DNA of 61,366 nucleotides from Gekko japonicus. Its lineage: Eukaryota. The stretch is taken from the NCBI RefSeq assembly GCF_001447785.1, contig NW_015159727.1, positions 553,060-614,425 on the forward strand, in the 5' to 3' direction. Positions 10,682-22,910 of the stretch are shown here, in pieces. The notes under the pieces were generated by a model. The model was not told the origin of the DNA, made no database searches, and was given only the letters and a program-made list of their open reading frames with translations. The position numbers were made by a program, and so were the translations under genes. How positions within the stretch are numbered: the stretch's first letter is position 1; each line of letters opens with the position of its first letter.

Positions 10682-11959
10682 AGTGGAGAACTTGAGCTGT
10701 TTAGAACATCTAGTTAGGTTCTGAATGTTGTCTGCAAGTCAAATTCTGGTTTCCCAGACTAATCATAGATAAACCATGGTTTTGTGTTATGTCTGAGCCA
10801 AGCCACAGAGGCAGAGCTCCGAGGAGTCCTTTTCAACAGAGTAAGTGGCTTTGTGAGTCTCTATATCTTTGCCAATTCAGCTCCCAGGGACCTGGTCCGA
10901 TCAAGCTTCACTCCTTCCCTTCCATTCAGCACAGGAATTGTTATTCATTTTTTACACAATGCCATGTTTAGCCATTAATTGTGCAATTGAGAATGACTTG
11001 GGTATTGAGGCCTGGGAATACAATTCAGTGGAAACTTTTAATTTCCTGAAAGCAACAATGTCAGAGGTGAGGGTTCCGGAGCTGATGCCATTTTCTTCAT
11101 GTGGCAGCAGCGGGTGAGGGATGTAGAACTGCATGATGTAATTTTTGGTTCTGCTTTCCTGGGTGACTGCTCTGTCAGTGTCTCTGAACAACCCTGGAAG
11201 TCAATATCAAGGAAGGTCTTTGGAAAAGTCCATAGTTAGGTGTGTCTTTTTAAATAGATGGTTACTCTTTCTGTCCCCAAAGCCAGCCTCTTTTGAGGGC
11301 AGATTTTATTTAAAAAGTAATTCAGTTGCATTAGGGAATGGATTTGGGATAATCAAAGCTTCTGTAAGTTTAATATAAAAGCAAATTTTTGCAGGTACAT
11401 CTTGTCAAGCACAGACAAGAAAGGGAATATATATATATTTAACGGTTGGGTATAGCAGGTGATTCTGGTGGATGCTAAAAGGGATATAAGAAGATAGTGA
11501 AAGTTAATATTTGTGATATAAAAATGTTAACTAAATATTTGTGATATGTGTAGGTGATATTAAAAAATCTAAGCCCCTCTGTAGAAAAGCCTGTGTGAGA
11601 GAGTTTTAATGTAACTTCTTTTACAATAAAATCATAACAGCCAAAAATAGTAGAGGGAAAAAAGCTAATATGCAAAAAAACCCAAAAAAACAACAATTAT
11701 CTCTCCACAATGAAGGCTCAGTTAACATTTAATCTACCTGAATTTGAAATTATTGTTTACTAGCTGATTCTCTTGTGAAAACAGTTGGAAGTTTGGTGAG
11801 CAACACTAGATAGGTCTATCCAGAAATCTTATTTTGTTCAATGGGGCTTATGCTCAGGAAAATGTTTTTAGGATTATGCCCTTTACCCTATAATTCTTCC
11901 TATGGAGGTTGCACTTGCATACTGTTTATAAAATAATATATCCATGTAGCTTTGCTATG

Positions 11960-13250
11960 ACTCAGTGCTTCACACAAACAGCCTTCAAGCACCTTCCAAA
12001 TCCTGAAATCCGCTATATTGTCTGTACAGACTTTGCTTTGATAGCCCTTTATAGTCCTAACTGCCACGTCCTGGGCCTTCATGGTCACCTAAAACTGCTG
12101 AACATGAGCAATTGGCACTGGCTAGACTTGCTCTAAGCCTTCCCTTTCTCTAAATTCTAAAACCCTCTTAAACTGCTTGGTGTAAGCTGCCCTCATACCT
12201 GGAGCTAGGGACACCATCATTTCTCGCTCCATGTCAACCTCCCAAGCCTTCACAACTCTGCTGGCATCGATGTCAGGCCAGCTTGCAGAAGTGCTGATCC
12301 TGGAACTGAGAATGTCAGCACTGACATTAGCTAAACCCAGAACGTGTCTTGCCTTAAAGAGTATATTGTACCTCAAAGCCTCTAACACAAAAACCTTCAA
12401 CAGCTGTAGCACCCTAAGATTACTAAACTCTGCCAATTAACTGCCTGTACCAATGCACTGTTATCACACCAAAACAGGACTACCAAATCTTTCAGAAAAT
12501 CTGCCCAAATATGCACTGCTGCCATTACAGGGAACAGTTCTAGAAAAGTGAGATCCCTGAGCACTCCTTCCCACTCCAAGGTCCAAAGCCAATGTTGTGC
12601 ACACCATTGACCCTGGAAATAAATACCAAAACCATGGGCACCAGTTGTGTCAGATTGAACCTGAAAATCTTGCCCAGTAAGATTATTCCTCCAAAATAAC
12701 ATTCCATTAAAATCCCACAAGAAGTTCAGCCAAACATGTGCATCTGCTTTTATCTAGCCTGTAATCTTGATCTTAAGGAGCTGCGGTGGCTCAAGTGGTT
12801 AAGACGCTGAACTGTAGGCTGTGGAAGGCCAGTAGTTCAGCAGTTTGAGACCTGAGTTGCCGCATGACGGAGTGAGCTCCCATCTCTAGTTCCAGCTCCT
12901 GCCAACCTAGCAGTTCGAAAGCAAGAAATTGCAAGTAGATAAATAGGTACCACTTCGGTGGGAAGGTAACAGCGTTCTGTGCGCCTTGGTGTTTAGTCAT
13001 GCTGGCCACATGAGCACGGAAACGTCTTCGGACGGCGCTGGCTCTTCGGCTTTGAAACGGAGATGGGCACCGCAACCCTAGAGTCGGATTTGACTGGCTT
13101 TCGAGCAAGGGAACCTTTACCTTTACTTTACTTAAATTAAACCATGGCTTCATGTCACATCTGACTGAGGCCCATGTCTCCCACCAACTGTTAAAGAACT
13201 TTGCCTCTAAGTCTTCTTTCCATATCCACAACTCTACTTGCAGCACTGAA
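11960..13250 (-). mobile_element. Ngaro-type tyrosine-recombinase retrotransposon fragment (RT end, RNase H, start of YR), split by a Sauria SINE
   Basis: VWLNFLWDFNG...SDTTGAHGFGIYFQGQWCA...LTFLELFPV...WCDNSALVQAVN...ARHVLGLANVSADILS, followed by SLAPGMRAAY. Confidence 0.85.
12777..13130 (+). mobile_element. Sauria SINE
   Basis: tRNA-like head GGAGCTGCGGTGGCTCAAGTGGTTAAG; core GCCAACCTAGCAGTTCGAAAGC...AGATAAATAGGTACC; (ACCTTT)n tail. Confidence 0.92.
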
Positions 13251-14554
13251 CTGTGAATCCAAATTAATTAATAAATAAATCATTATATGGAAGTGAGTGA
13301 CATAAAGCAGGCTTTGTTACGATTTCTTTACATCGTGATCTTACTGATCACTTGCACCAAGCACCAAAGATCCATCCAGCATAGGAACCACTGTCTCCTT
13401 ATTCAGGAGCGGCAAGTGTGGGAGGTAACTGCAATGCATCCTTTGGTCGCTTCAACACAGAGTCCTGACACCTCACAGGCAGGCCAATATAGGAATCTTT
13501 AGACAGAAATCTTAGGCAGTAAACCCACAGTTTCTAATATTATGCAGACTTGCTTCTGCTTTGACCTGTCACAAAATAATTTCCTTTAATTTAAGAGGAA
13601 TTTTATTAGGTATTAGGACTCCATACTCATCTCAGAGATATTTGGTATCTTATCCCCCAAATAATTTGGTTCTACTTCCTACAATCATGTATTCTTCTGG
13701 ACTCAGAATTAGCTGGATAGCTTTCTCACCATAAACAAAGTGATGGAAAGAGTTAACTCCACTGTGCTTTGCTGCAAAATGCCTCCCATATTTCCTGAGA
13801 ATAATTATCAGAGCTCCCCATGATGAAAGAGGCAGTCTAGCAAATGGTTTATATTTACTTTCTGTGCCCTGTGGGCTTGATTTAGATAACAATCTCTGTA
13901 CTCGGTGGTATTCCTAATAAGAGAGAGGACAAAGCCATTACAGAAAAGCTCCTCCAAAGCCGTAGAAATCTTTGGCTTTGTTCATATAAGATTAAAATGT
14001 ATTATTGAAACACACACTAACTAATATAATTCCTTCAGCTAAGGTCCAAATGCCCCACAGTTGTGCTAATACACCTCAGAAATGCTGATCCTTTTGTTTT
14101 GACACTCTGGAGGCTCAGATTTAAGTGGCCTTTACGATGACAGAACAATTACTAAGTCTGATGCCTTCAAGCAAAGATGAGTAGCAAACACAGTAGCTGC
14201 TGATAACATCACTAATTTGCTCTGATCTGGATGCTAATTGCAAAATAGGCCAGGCAGAAGAAATGCTTAATACATTGTCCAGTCTGCTTATGGACAATTT
14301 TGACCCAGTTACCACAATGGACATTGACAGGCTCCTGGAATTTATGAATGCCACTACTTGCGCACTGGCAAGACCATCATGTAAAAGACCACATTAATGA
14401 GTCCTTGACATCCATCATAAACTAATTGCTAACCTATGGCACCTTCCCTTGACCACTCAAAGAGGAAGTTATGCATGTACCACTTAAAAAGCCAAGCCAC
14501 CCCTACATGTAAATGACATGGCCAATATTGTCCAGTCTCTAAGCAGCCCTTTGA

Positions 14555-14695
14555 GGGGAGGGGCTGTGGCTCAGTGGAAGAGCCTCTGCTTTGCAGGCTG
14601 AAGGTCCCAGGTTCAGTCCTCAGCCTCTCCAGTTAAAAGGACCAGGCAGTAGGAGACCCTGGAGAGCTGCAGCCAGTCTGGTAGACAAGACTGAT
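14555..14695 (+). mobile_element. tRNA-derived SINE (Squam3-like)
   Basis: GGGGCTGTGGCTCAGTGG.AGAGC.TCTGCTTTGCA...GAAGGTCCCAGGTTC with A and B boxes, then GAGACCCTGGAGAGCTGC.GCCAGTC. Confidence 0.8.
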
Positions 14696-15272
14696 ACATA
14701 AAGCCCTTGGAAGAAATCATTAATAGTTCTGGAATTGGATTGCATCACTATGCTGAGGACACCCAGCTCTACATCTCTCTACCCAGTAGAGGTCTGGAGC
14801 CACTGTTTCACTGCTGAGTTGAAATGGCTGAAAGTGAAAATATTGAAGCTGAATCCTGACAATATAGAGGTAGTGCTGACTGAAAAGCCTGAGGTCTTGA
14901 ATGACACTGTACTTCCCAGTTTTTATGGGCTTCAGCTGACCCTTGCTGAGTGAGTTAAGAGCCTGTGGGGTATACTGTATCCAGATTTACTGCTAGAGAA
15001 ACAAATTAATGCAGCCACACACACACAAAGGCTTTTTACCAGTTTAGAAGATGGTGCCCCACCTGGACTCAGTTGATCTGGCCAGCTGAATCCATGCCAT
15101 GGTAACACTAGACTACTGTAATGCATTCTACACAGGTCTCCCCTCAAAATCAGGTTGCAGACTACAGCTGGTGCAGAGTGCTGCAGCTCAATCATTATCG
15201 AAAGCTAAGTGGAAAATGCATATATTCTTCAGTCATTCCCACCAGCTACTGAGTTCAATTCTAAGTATTGGC

Positions 15273-15674
15273 CAGGGTTCATTTCCTGCAGGAGCGCACA
15301 GGAGCGGAGCTCCGGCAGTAAAGAGCCCAGGGGGTGGGCACATGCAATAAGCCCCGCCTCCTGCTCCCAGCAGCCCTCAGTCAGAGCAAGAAGCAGCCAG
15401 GTAAGTTGCAGAGCCCCCCCAGCCAAAACAGTCCAGTGGCACCTTTAAGACCAAGTTTTATTTAGTTACAAGCTCTTCCTCCTCTGCGAGGACAGATCTG
15501 CACGTTCCCCCCCCCAATAGCTAGCAATCAAAATCAGTCCAGTGGAGCCTGAGCGGTGGGTGTTGCCTTCTGACACACTTCCAGTGATGTCAGGGGGTGT
15601 GGCATAAGCAAATGTTATGCTAATGAGTTATGCTAATGAGCTCCTGCACCTCTTTTTCTACGAAATGACCCCTG
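15273..15674. mobile_element. hAT MITE
   Basis: Perfect 8-bp TSD GTATTGGC (15265-15272 and 15675-15682); TIR CAGGGTTCATTTC / GAAATGACCCCTG. Confidence 0.9.
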
Positions 15675-15934
15675 GTATTGGCTATCATATACCAAGCACT
15701 TCATGGCCTTGGACCCTCATATCTTGGTCAATGAAGAGGCTGCTTGGGGACTGCAGAGACAGCCTCTCCTGGAGGAAGTTGCGTTCCCCCAAAGGACCAG
15801 GTTCATAGTCTGGTGCTGCTAGATTCTGGCCTGCAGATGGAGGCACAGGCATCCTCTGTGGCACATGTACCTTTTATCTGCTCCAGCTGATTCACCAGCT
15901 ATGGCCACCTACAGCTGTTCCTTGAAAAGTGTGA

Positions 15935-16510
15935 TCTGGCTACAGTGATCCATGCTGAGATCGCATCCAAATTAGCATATGCTCTACATAGGACTGCCTT
16001 TGAAAATGGTTCAGAAACTTCAGTTGGTCCAAAATATGGTGGGGTTGGTTACAAAAGGCTATATCAGCCTTGTGCTGTAAGACCTGCAGTGGCTATCCAT
16101 CTGTTTCTGGACAAAATTCAAAGTATTCATTCTTACCTTGAAGTCCCTTAGTGGCTTAGGCCCAGGGTTCCTGAAGGCTTGCCTCCTCCCATACTATCCA
16201 GCCTGCCAGTTACGATCTGCCTCTCAAGACCTACTCTTGACTGTACCCTGCCTTTAGAGGTGAGACATTTTCTGTGGTTGCCCCTTGTCTTTGGAATGCC
16301 ATCCACCTTGAGGATCACCTGGCATGTACTTTACTTTTGTTTAGGTTACAGGCTAAAGCATATATTTTTTGTCAAAACTTTTATTTAAGGGTTTAATAGT
16401 CTGCTCTGTTTTATGGATAGTTTTATGCTGATGATGGCAAATGGTTTGTGGTTTTCATTGTCAGCTGCCTTCAGCAAGAAGAGGTGGCATAGATGTAAAC
16501 AAATAAATAT
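15935..16510 (+). mobile_element. L2 LINE 3' end, degraded
   Basis: ctgcctttgaaaatggttcagaaacttcagttggtccaaaat (LPLK.VQKLQLVQN), then a 3' tail ending in aaataaata. Confidence 0.7.
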
Positions 16511-17224
16511 AGTAGATTAAAAAGTAGATTAAAATACAGATAACATATAAATATAAGAATAACAGTACTGAAACAATATAGGAATAACTTAGTATGGCCT
16601 GGCTTGGGACCTTTGGTCAAATGAGTTGAACATTAAAGGAAAGATTTCAAAGTCCCAAATTATGAAACAGCCTCCATAGGAAGGTACACTTGACCCCCCA
16701 CACACTTTCAATCTTTAGCAGGAAGTTAAATGTAGTTTTATTGAGCACTGTTGTTTAACTAATTTTCCTTTTTATTTGTTGGCAGTCCTAATTGCGAATT
16801 TAAATTGATTTTAAATCAAGTATTTTTATAACAGTTGTTTTATTTACATTGTAATCCAATTTGAGTTTCAGAAGATATAAATACTACTAATGAATGTTTA
16901 AAATAAATAAATACATCTAAGATTAACAATACACAGAGACTTTGTAGCTCAAGGCAGAGAACTTGTAGGCAAGGCAGAGTTTGGCAGTTCTAGTTCATTG
17001 ATCCATGATCCAGTGGTTATTTCCAATGGTGGCATTTGTTTTTTTTATCATTTGAAATTGGTAAAAGCAGCTGACAATAATAGTAAATATTTATAGAAAT
17101 AATTTACACCCCAAGTATAGAAATATGCATAGATATGCAGAGGGCATTCACTATAATTATGCCAGCACCCTCTGTTGACAAGTCTTTTAAAAACACATAC
17201 AAGAATATGTGCTACCCAATATTA

Positions 17225-17570
17225 AAGGTAAAGGTTCCCTTGCTCGAAAGCCAGTCGAGTCCGACTCTAGGGTTGCGGTGCTCATCTCCGTTTCAAAGCC
17301 GAAGAGCCAGTGCCATCCGAAGATGTTTCCGTGGTCATGTGGCCGGCATGACTAAACACCAAGGCGCACGGAACGCTGTTACCTTCCCACCGAAGTGGTA
17401 CCTATTTATCTACTTGCAATTTCTTGCTTTCGAACTGCTAGGTTGGCAGGAGCTGGAACTAGAGATGGGAGCTCACGCCATCATGTGACACCCGCGTCTC
17501 GAACTGCTGAACTACTGACCTTCCACAGCCTGCAGTTCAGCGTCTTAACCACTTGAGCCACCGCAGCTCC
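17225..17570 (-). mobile_element. Sauria SINE
   Basis: Reverse complement of 12777-13130; 13-bp TSD CTACCCAATATTA (17212-17224 and 17572-17584). Confidence 0.95.
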
Positions 17571-19032
17571 TCTACCCAATATTAGATGCACAATAAACAG
17601 TTTTCTGCTATGATAAGTGCTTTTCTTAATGCTGAATGTTTTTGCATGAGATGCTAAATCACTTTTTGAATATCCTGTGTCTCTGTAATGATATCATGCC
17701 AACCTGCATGATCACATTTTGCTGCCCACACTAAGTTCTAAGGCAGTGCGCACAAACTATATGAAGGGATTAACACAGATGGGCAATCATTTAGTACTTC
17801 ATGGCTTTTTTGAGTGCCGCACCCAGTCTCCATTATTAAGGGGCCAGATCAAATTGTCAATGACAATCATGGCATCAGAGCACTTACTACACAAACTCAA
17901 TCTTCAAAAGTCCTGCAGATTTAATGGAGACCAGCTGATGTGTATCAACCCCAACATAAAATTACAGTATGCATAAATAGCACCTGCTTCTGCACTCATA
18001 TTACCCCTCTTTTTACTATTGCATTAATAAGTACAGTAACAGTGTGTACAGTTGACTCCTCTTGATAGACCGATCATAGGTAGAATCATAATGGTAATCC
18101 CTTTCTGTCCATATTCAGTGTATTGTCTGAATGAACTATATGAATATAGGCTAGTGTGACCCATTGAGAATCCTTCTTGTGCACCACTGAGAATATTTCT
18201 TCTTTAACTGTGTGTACCCGGCCTACATTATTACCATCTGTTGAAACAGTACTCTGAATACACACAGGTCAGGGTCAGGGCTTGCTGTTGTGATCCTTTT
18301 CTCCTCTCCCATGCACATTTTTTTTCCAGACTGAACACATGTTAAGTAGTAATGTGCATCAGCCAGCTACCATTTATGGAACCTTCCTGTTTTGTAGGTC
18401 TGCCCATCGGTCTTCCATTAATGTCTTGAGAAGCTAGCTAAACACAAAATATTCTAATGCTAATCACAGCTACACTGCTTCAACCTAGGCAACCTGAAAC
18501 ATTTAATGATTTTGACAAAGAATAAATTCTCAGGACATTTCCCCCACTTACAAATGTTGCAGTACCCTTCATCTGAGATAACACATAACTGTTTCCCATT
18601 AATCATGTTCTGGATCTGGATGCCTAACAGCATAACAAACAAAGTGCTAGGCAACTGGTATCTGTCTAACCGGTGGGAGCACATAAAAGCAAAGACAGTT
18701 AGGTCACCATGGATTTGATTCGTTCTTAGACTTATGCAGCTACAAAAGTTAGGTCATCTTCTCATGATAAGACTAATAACCTACCATCAACGTTGTGCTG
18801 ATTTCACTGACCTTGTGCATTTGACTTTGATTAATGAATCCTCACTTTTAAAAAAAAGTACAGTTCAATGTTGGGTCTTGATGACAGAAGGGAATTGCTC
18901 ACTGAAACATGTACTATTTGGGCAGAAATACTAAGGAGTTGTGAGGATTGAAACAGGCTTGAGAGGGCTCTGAGATGGTTTCACCCAAATTCCAGCAGCA
19001 GAAACACAGAGGGTAGCGGGGGGGGGGGGGCA

Positions 19033-19381
19033 ACACCAAATGTGCTCTTGGTCATGGGTGGACTACTGAACTCACAGTCACACATAAATTAGGAGAACTT
19101 GCCTTTAAAAGTATTCATTTACATGGTGCGGGGGAGGGGAGAGAAGGAGCTTCTAGTTCCTTCCTAGGGCACACAGAGCTAGAGAATAGGGGGGGAAAGC
19201 CCCTCCCACCACTCTNNNNNNNNNNNNNNNNNNNNNNNNNNNNNNNAAACAAATGCTCCTTCTTCCTCCTCACAATGCTCCCACACAGCACTGAGTGAAG
19301 AAGCACTTTTTAAAGGTCAGTACAATGTAAATCTGACTGTGAGTCCAGTTGCACACCCATGACCTGGCACATGTCTGGTGT
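19033..19381. mobile_element. Hairpin MITE-like element spanning a small N-gap
   Basis: acacca.atgtgc..ggtcatgggtg...actcacagtca...cctttaaaa is mirrored at 19305-19381. Confidence 0.55.
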
Positions 19382-19872
19382 ATCACATAGAGTGGCCCTA
19401 AGATAAGCCTTGGCCAAGGTTTTTGAAAGAAAGTTCTCTACCAAAATGACCCTGCTCTAGCATCTGAAGACTCCCCAGAACCAGTCAAAATCAAAGAAGG
19501 ATTTGGGTAGTGATAGAGAATGCAGCCAGGTCCAGAGGACCATCCTGTCTTTAAAGTGGGGTCTCTGATTCATTCCTCACCATCCTTTCCCATTTTCTCC
19601 ACTCTCCACCATCTGTTCCCATTGAGTTCTGACTTTTTTTGCATGAGCCTTTGGGGGGATCTAGTTCTAGGACTTTCCAATCCCCATGGAATTAAGTTTT
19701 TCATTATGCATGACACAACCTATGCTGTTGTTAGGTTACACAAGAATTTTATAACAAACGTGTTCAACAACTGAACTTACCATGTTTAACTGTGTTGATC
19801 AGATATAAGCTCATCACAGGGTCTGTTCAGTTCAGTGCTGAATAATCTGACTGCCTGCTGACCAGGTTTGCA

Positions 19873-19959
19873 ATGAATTATTGTAAAATAAAGTATGCTG
19901 ATCCAAACAGACTGGCAACCATTAACACAGCCAAGGACTATTTAGGCGACGAAAGAAAA
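19873..19959 (+). CDS. Candidate host exon A (MNYCKIKYADPNRLATINTAKDYLGDERK), product unknown
   Basis: Open frame with an ATG (or the acceptor ccag|g at 19866), retained CpGs and donor AAA|gtaaga. Ends in phase 0, matching exon B. Confidence 0.4.
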
Positions 19960-20356
19960 GTAAGATTCTTTTTAAACACAGTAGTGTTGTGACTGATTTT
20001 TTTTTCTATGCCCATGGAGGATGTCTGCCTGTGGCAGATGGGAAGCTGACTCATTAATTACAAGAAGAAAGCAAAACCTTCAAACCTATGTTTCATGGTG
20101 TTATCCCCCATGATCTCCCCACTGAGACAATGTCTTTTTGCACCCCAAAATTCTCTGCTCTTCCTGTTGGGATTTATGGTTAGCTGGGTGCTGTAGGCTG
20201 TAATGCAGCACAGCGCATCTGGTCTCGTTGCATGTGTTTGTAAGCAAGAAGCCAAAGTTACACGGAGCTTCTTTATATTTGCAAACTAATAGGAGTCCAT
20301 TTATTTAAGCAACTCCATTCTAGATAGTAAAGAAGAGAGATAGATTCTCTAACCTA

Positions 20357-21816
20357 GACCATTTCTGCAAAAGCACTTACCTGAATGCTCATGCTCTCAA
20401 TCATTTGAAGCAAGTGATTTATTCCACATGTGATTCTGCATGCCAGGATTTGACCTGCATGTTTCTCCCTCTCTCCCCACAGTTTTGAATGCTGGCATTG
20501 CCCAATGTTTTTCCCCCCGCAAATGAGAACATGTGGTTTCCAAGTGGGGAAATCAAGCATTCACGCTCAGCCTTCTGGGAATGACTACATTGGTCAAATC
20601 ACATCAGCAGTTTTCACCACCCATTTTTACACCCTTTGCCGTGACAAATCCACCCACCAACGCCAGTTCCCCTAGTAGATATTCGCCATATTTTTGACAT
20701 AGACTGTGCAAACCAGAGGCATATGCCCAATACCATCATTTCCTTAATGATAATAATGTGAAATGCCTTTTTTTTCTTTTTGGTGTCTCAGTGTGTTATA
20801 ATGCTGGTGTATGCCTGTTCATATATGTGTAGATGTGTGAGCATGTGTGTGGCAGTGTGTGTGTGTGGGGGGGGGTTGCATCTGACTCACCCAGCCACCT
20901 CAAAATACCTGCAGTTTTGGCTGTGCCTTCCTGGGGGGAAATATGGGCAATGAGGGGAGAGAGCCTTCTGTGCAAGCCAGCATCCCATTGATCCCCAGTA
21001 AATAAAATCAACGAGGGGGTAAGAAATCATCTCGCATTAAAGCCAGGGGGTCGAGGCTGCCTTTCAAAAACCCACCCCCCTTGCAGATACCTCAATCAGC
21101 TTGTGCAATGCACCGACCAGCTGGCCCTGGCAGGGAGGCTTTTTTCCTTGGGGATCTACATGACCCGAAGTGGCTGGTCGGGGGAACTGAAGGGGTGTGG
21201 GCAGCAATGGCGGCAGCCACCACCTGCTGAATGCAAAAGATTTATCCCAGGCAGGGAGGGCGGGTGTGTGCCTATGTGTCCATGTGTATATGTGTGTGTG
21301 AGTGTGCACACAGAGAGGCAGTGTCCCTCCCTCCCTCTCTTTAATCTATGTGTCCAGGCCTCAGTTGCCTGGTTCCTGTCGGCTATGAATTTGGCATTCC
21401 TGTTTCCAGGTATGGCTCTGCTTATCAGAAGCCTGTTCGTTTCTCTCCTGTGGCCATTTTTGGGTTAAGCTAATGCTTGCTCATGCAGCCAATCAGTGCA
21501 CTAGCTTCAAATATGTCATGGTGACATTCTAGGGATTCTCTAAAGTGACATGATGGGGTGTCTTAGCAAGATTGATGTCAGTGGGCGTAACGTGACCACA
21601 CATGCACTTTTAAAAAATTCTGGCAGGACTAAAAAGAATGATGGGTAGGGGGAGTGGCAAGAACCAGAAGTAGATGCAGAACACCAGAAACGGGGCAAGT
21701 TATTGCAAGCCGCGCACATAAAACAGTCATGTGGAACCAGTGTGGCATGCCTGAAATAAGCAGTCGAGCTTAAAATCACTGGGGACAAGAGGCAAGACCC
21801 TAATGTGGAAACGGTC
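20357..21816. mobile_element. Putative non-autonomous Harbinger-type element
   Basis: CTA flanks both sides (20354-20356 and 21817-21819). TIRs GACCATTTCTGCA and GACCGTTTCCACA differ only at CpG-decay positions. Confidence 0.55.
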
Positions 21817-22910
21817 CTAGACTAATTATCTAGATGGATTGAGATACAAGAAAGCATCCTGCTCTCATGTTGCCAAGATGGATTCAGGCAATTCAGGGAT
21901 TGAAAGGGGAGGAGCCAGAAGGAAGGAAACTTTTCCCTAAGAGTAGCAATCTACGAATCAAAGGGGATAGCATCTGAGAGAGAAGGAAAGGATGTTCTTT
22001 GCCCTGGCCTCTCTATGTCTCTCTCTGTTGCAGTCTTCCTCTGTAGTCTCAGGCATGAGACAGCATAAATAGTCCTTCACTTCCAACACTTCCAATGTCC
22101 AGACAAAACCATCCATTTACTATAAAGTCAGGATATCTGAATTAAAGCATGTATTTCCCCAGGCACTTTCAAGAGGACGTAACTTCACTACCATGAGAAC
22201 TCAGGGGCATATTAATTAAGTCTCTTTTAGTGGTTTTCCAAAAACGTTTCATACCCAGCAGTGAGTAACAACCCATAGTTGCAGGACAATTATCAAGTCT
22301 ATCAAAGTCTCCCTCTTAATTTGAAAATTCAGTCAGCACCATAAGCCCATCTCCCAGCAATTGTCAGGAGGTCTGAGTCATACCTGCCAGCCAAGTTAAT
22401 TCAATAATCTGCAACTTGATCTGGTTCCCTTCTTCATTATGTTGGCCAGGCACCCCTTACTAGAACCCCCAATAACAAAAGGTTTGAAGAAACCAATCAC
22501 AGCTCATATTTTGGCCCTTTCATAAATTGGGTTTCAGGTCCTAATGTTTTACCAATCACAGTACAATTCTGATTTCACCAGTGGCCAGCCAGATCCTGAA
22601 GGTTGGAGCCAATGCTATCACAATCCTAGTTCTGCAACCATTTCAGCCAACAGTGCTACTTATCCTATTCATTCCTAGGTAACAGGACATTTTCTTTCCT
22701 CCAGGCAGTTGGCAATCCTAAAATCACTGGACATCCTTGTCAAGACAGGCAGAGTAAATCTCTTCTTCTCTTCTCTTCTTCTAAATTCTTTCACTATCCC
22801 CAGCAGCAGATTGGCCATTAAAGTCCCTGTGGGCTGATGGGCTTGGAGGTCACCACCTATTGGGAGCCACCCCAGCCAAAAGCAGGGCAAGACTCAGGGC
22901 AGACCAATGA

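Larger units (their letters stand above)
14240..15760 (+). mobile_element. Degraded L2 LINE, interrupted by a SINE and a hAT MITE
   Basis: YAEDTQLY at ~14749, LKLNPDNIEV, LDYCNAFYTGLP...LQLVQSAAA. Confidence 0.8.

Noticed and set aside
12777-12860. tRNA-like sequences (also at 14560, 23181 and 52930)
   Set aside because: These are SINE heads, not tRNA genes.
18045-18260. ~55-codon open frame on the minus strand, and a strong + strand acceptor near 18398
   Set aside because: No recognisable product and no matching donor or phase partner.
21830-22720. LTR-like composition
   Set aside because: Could not define termini or a TSD.
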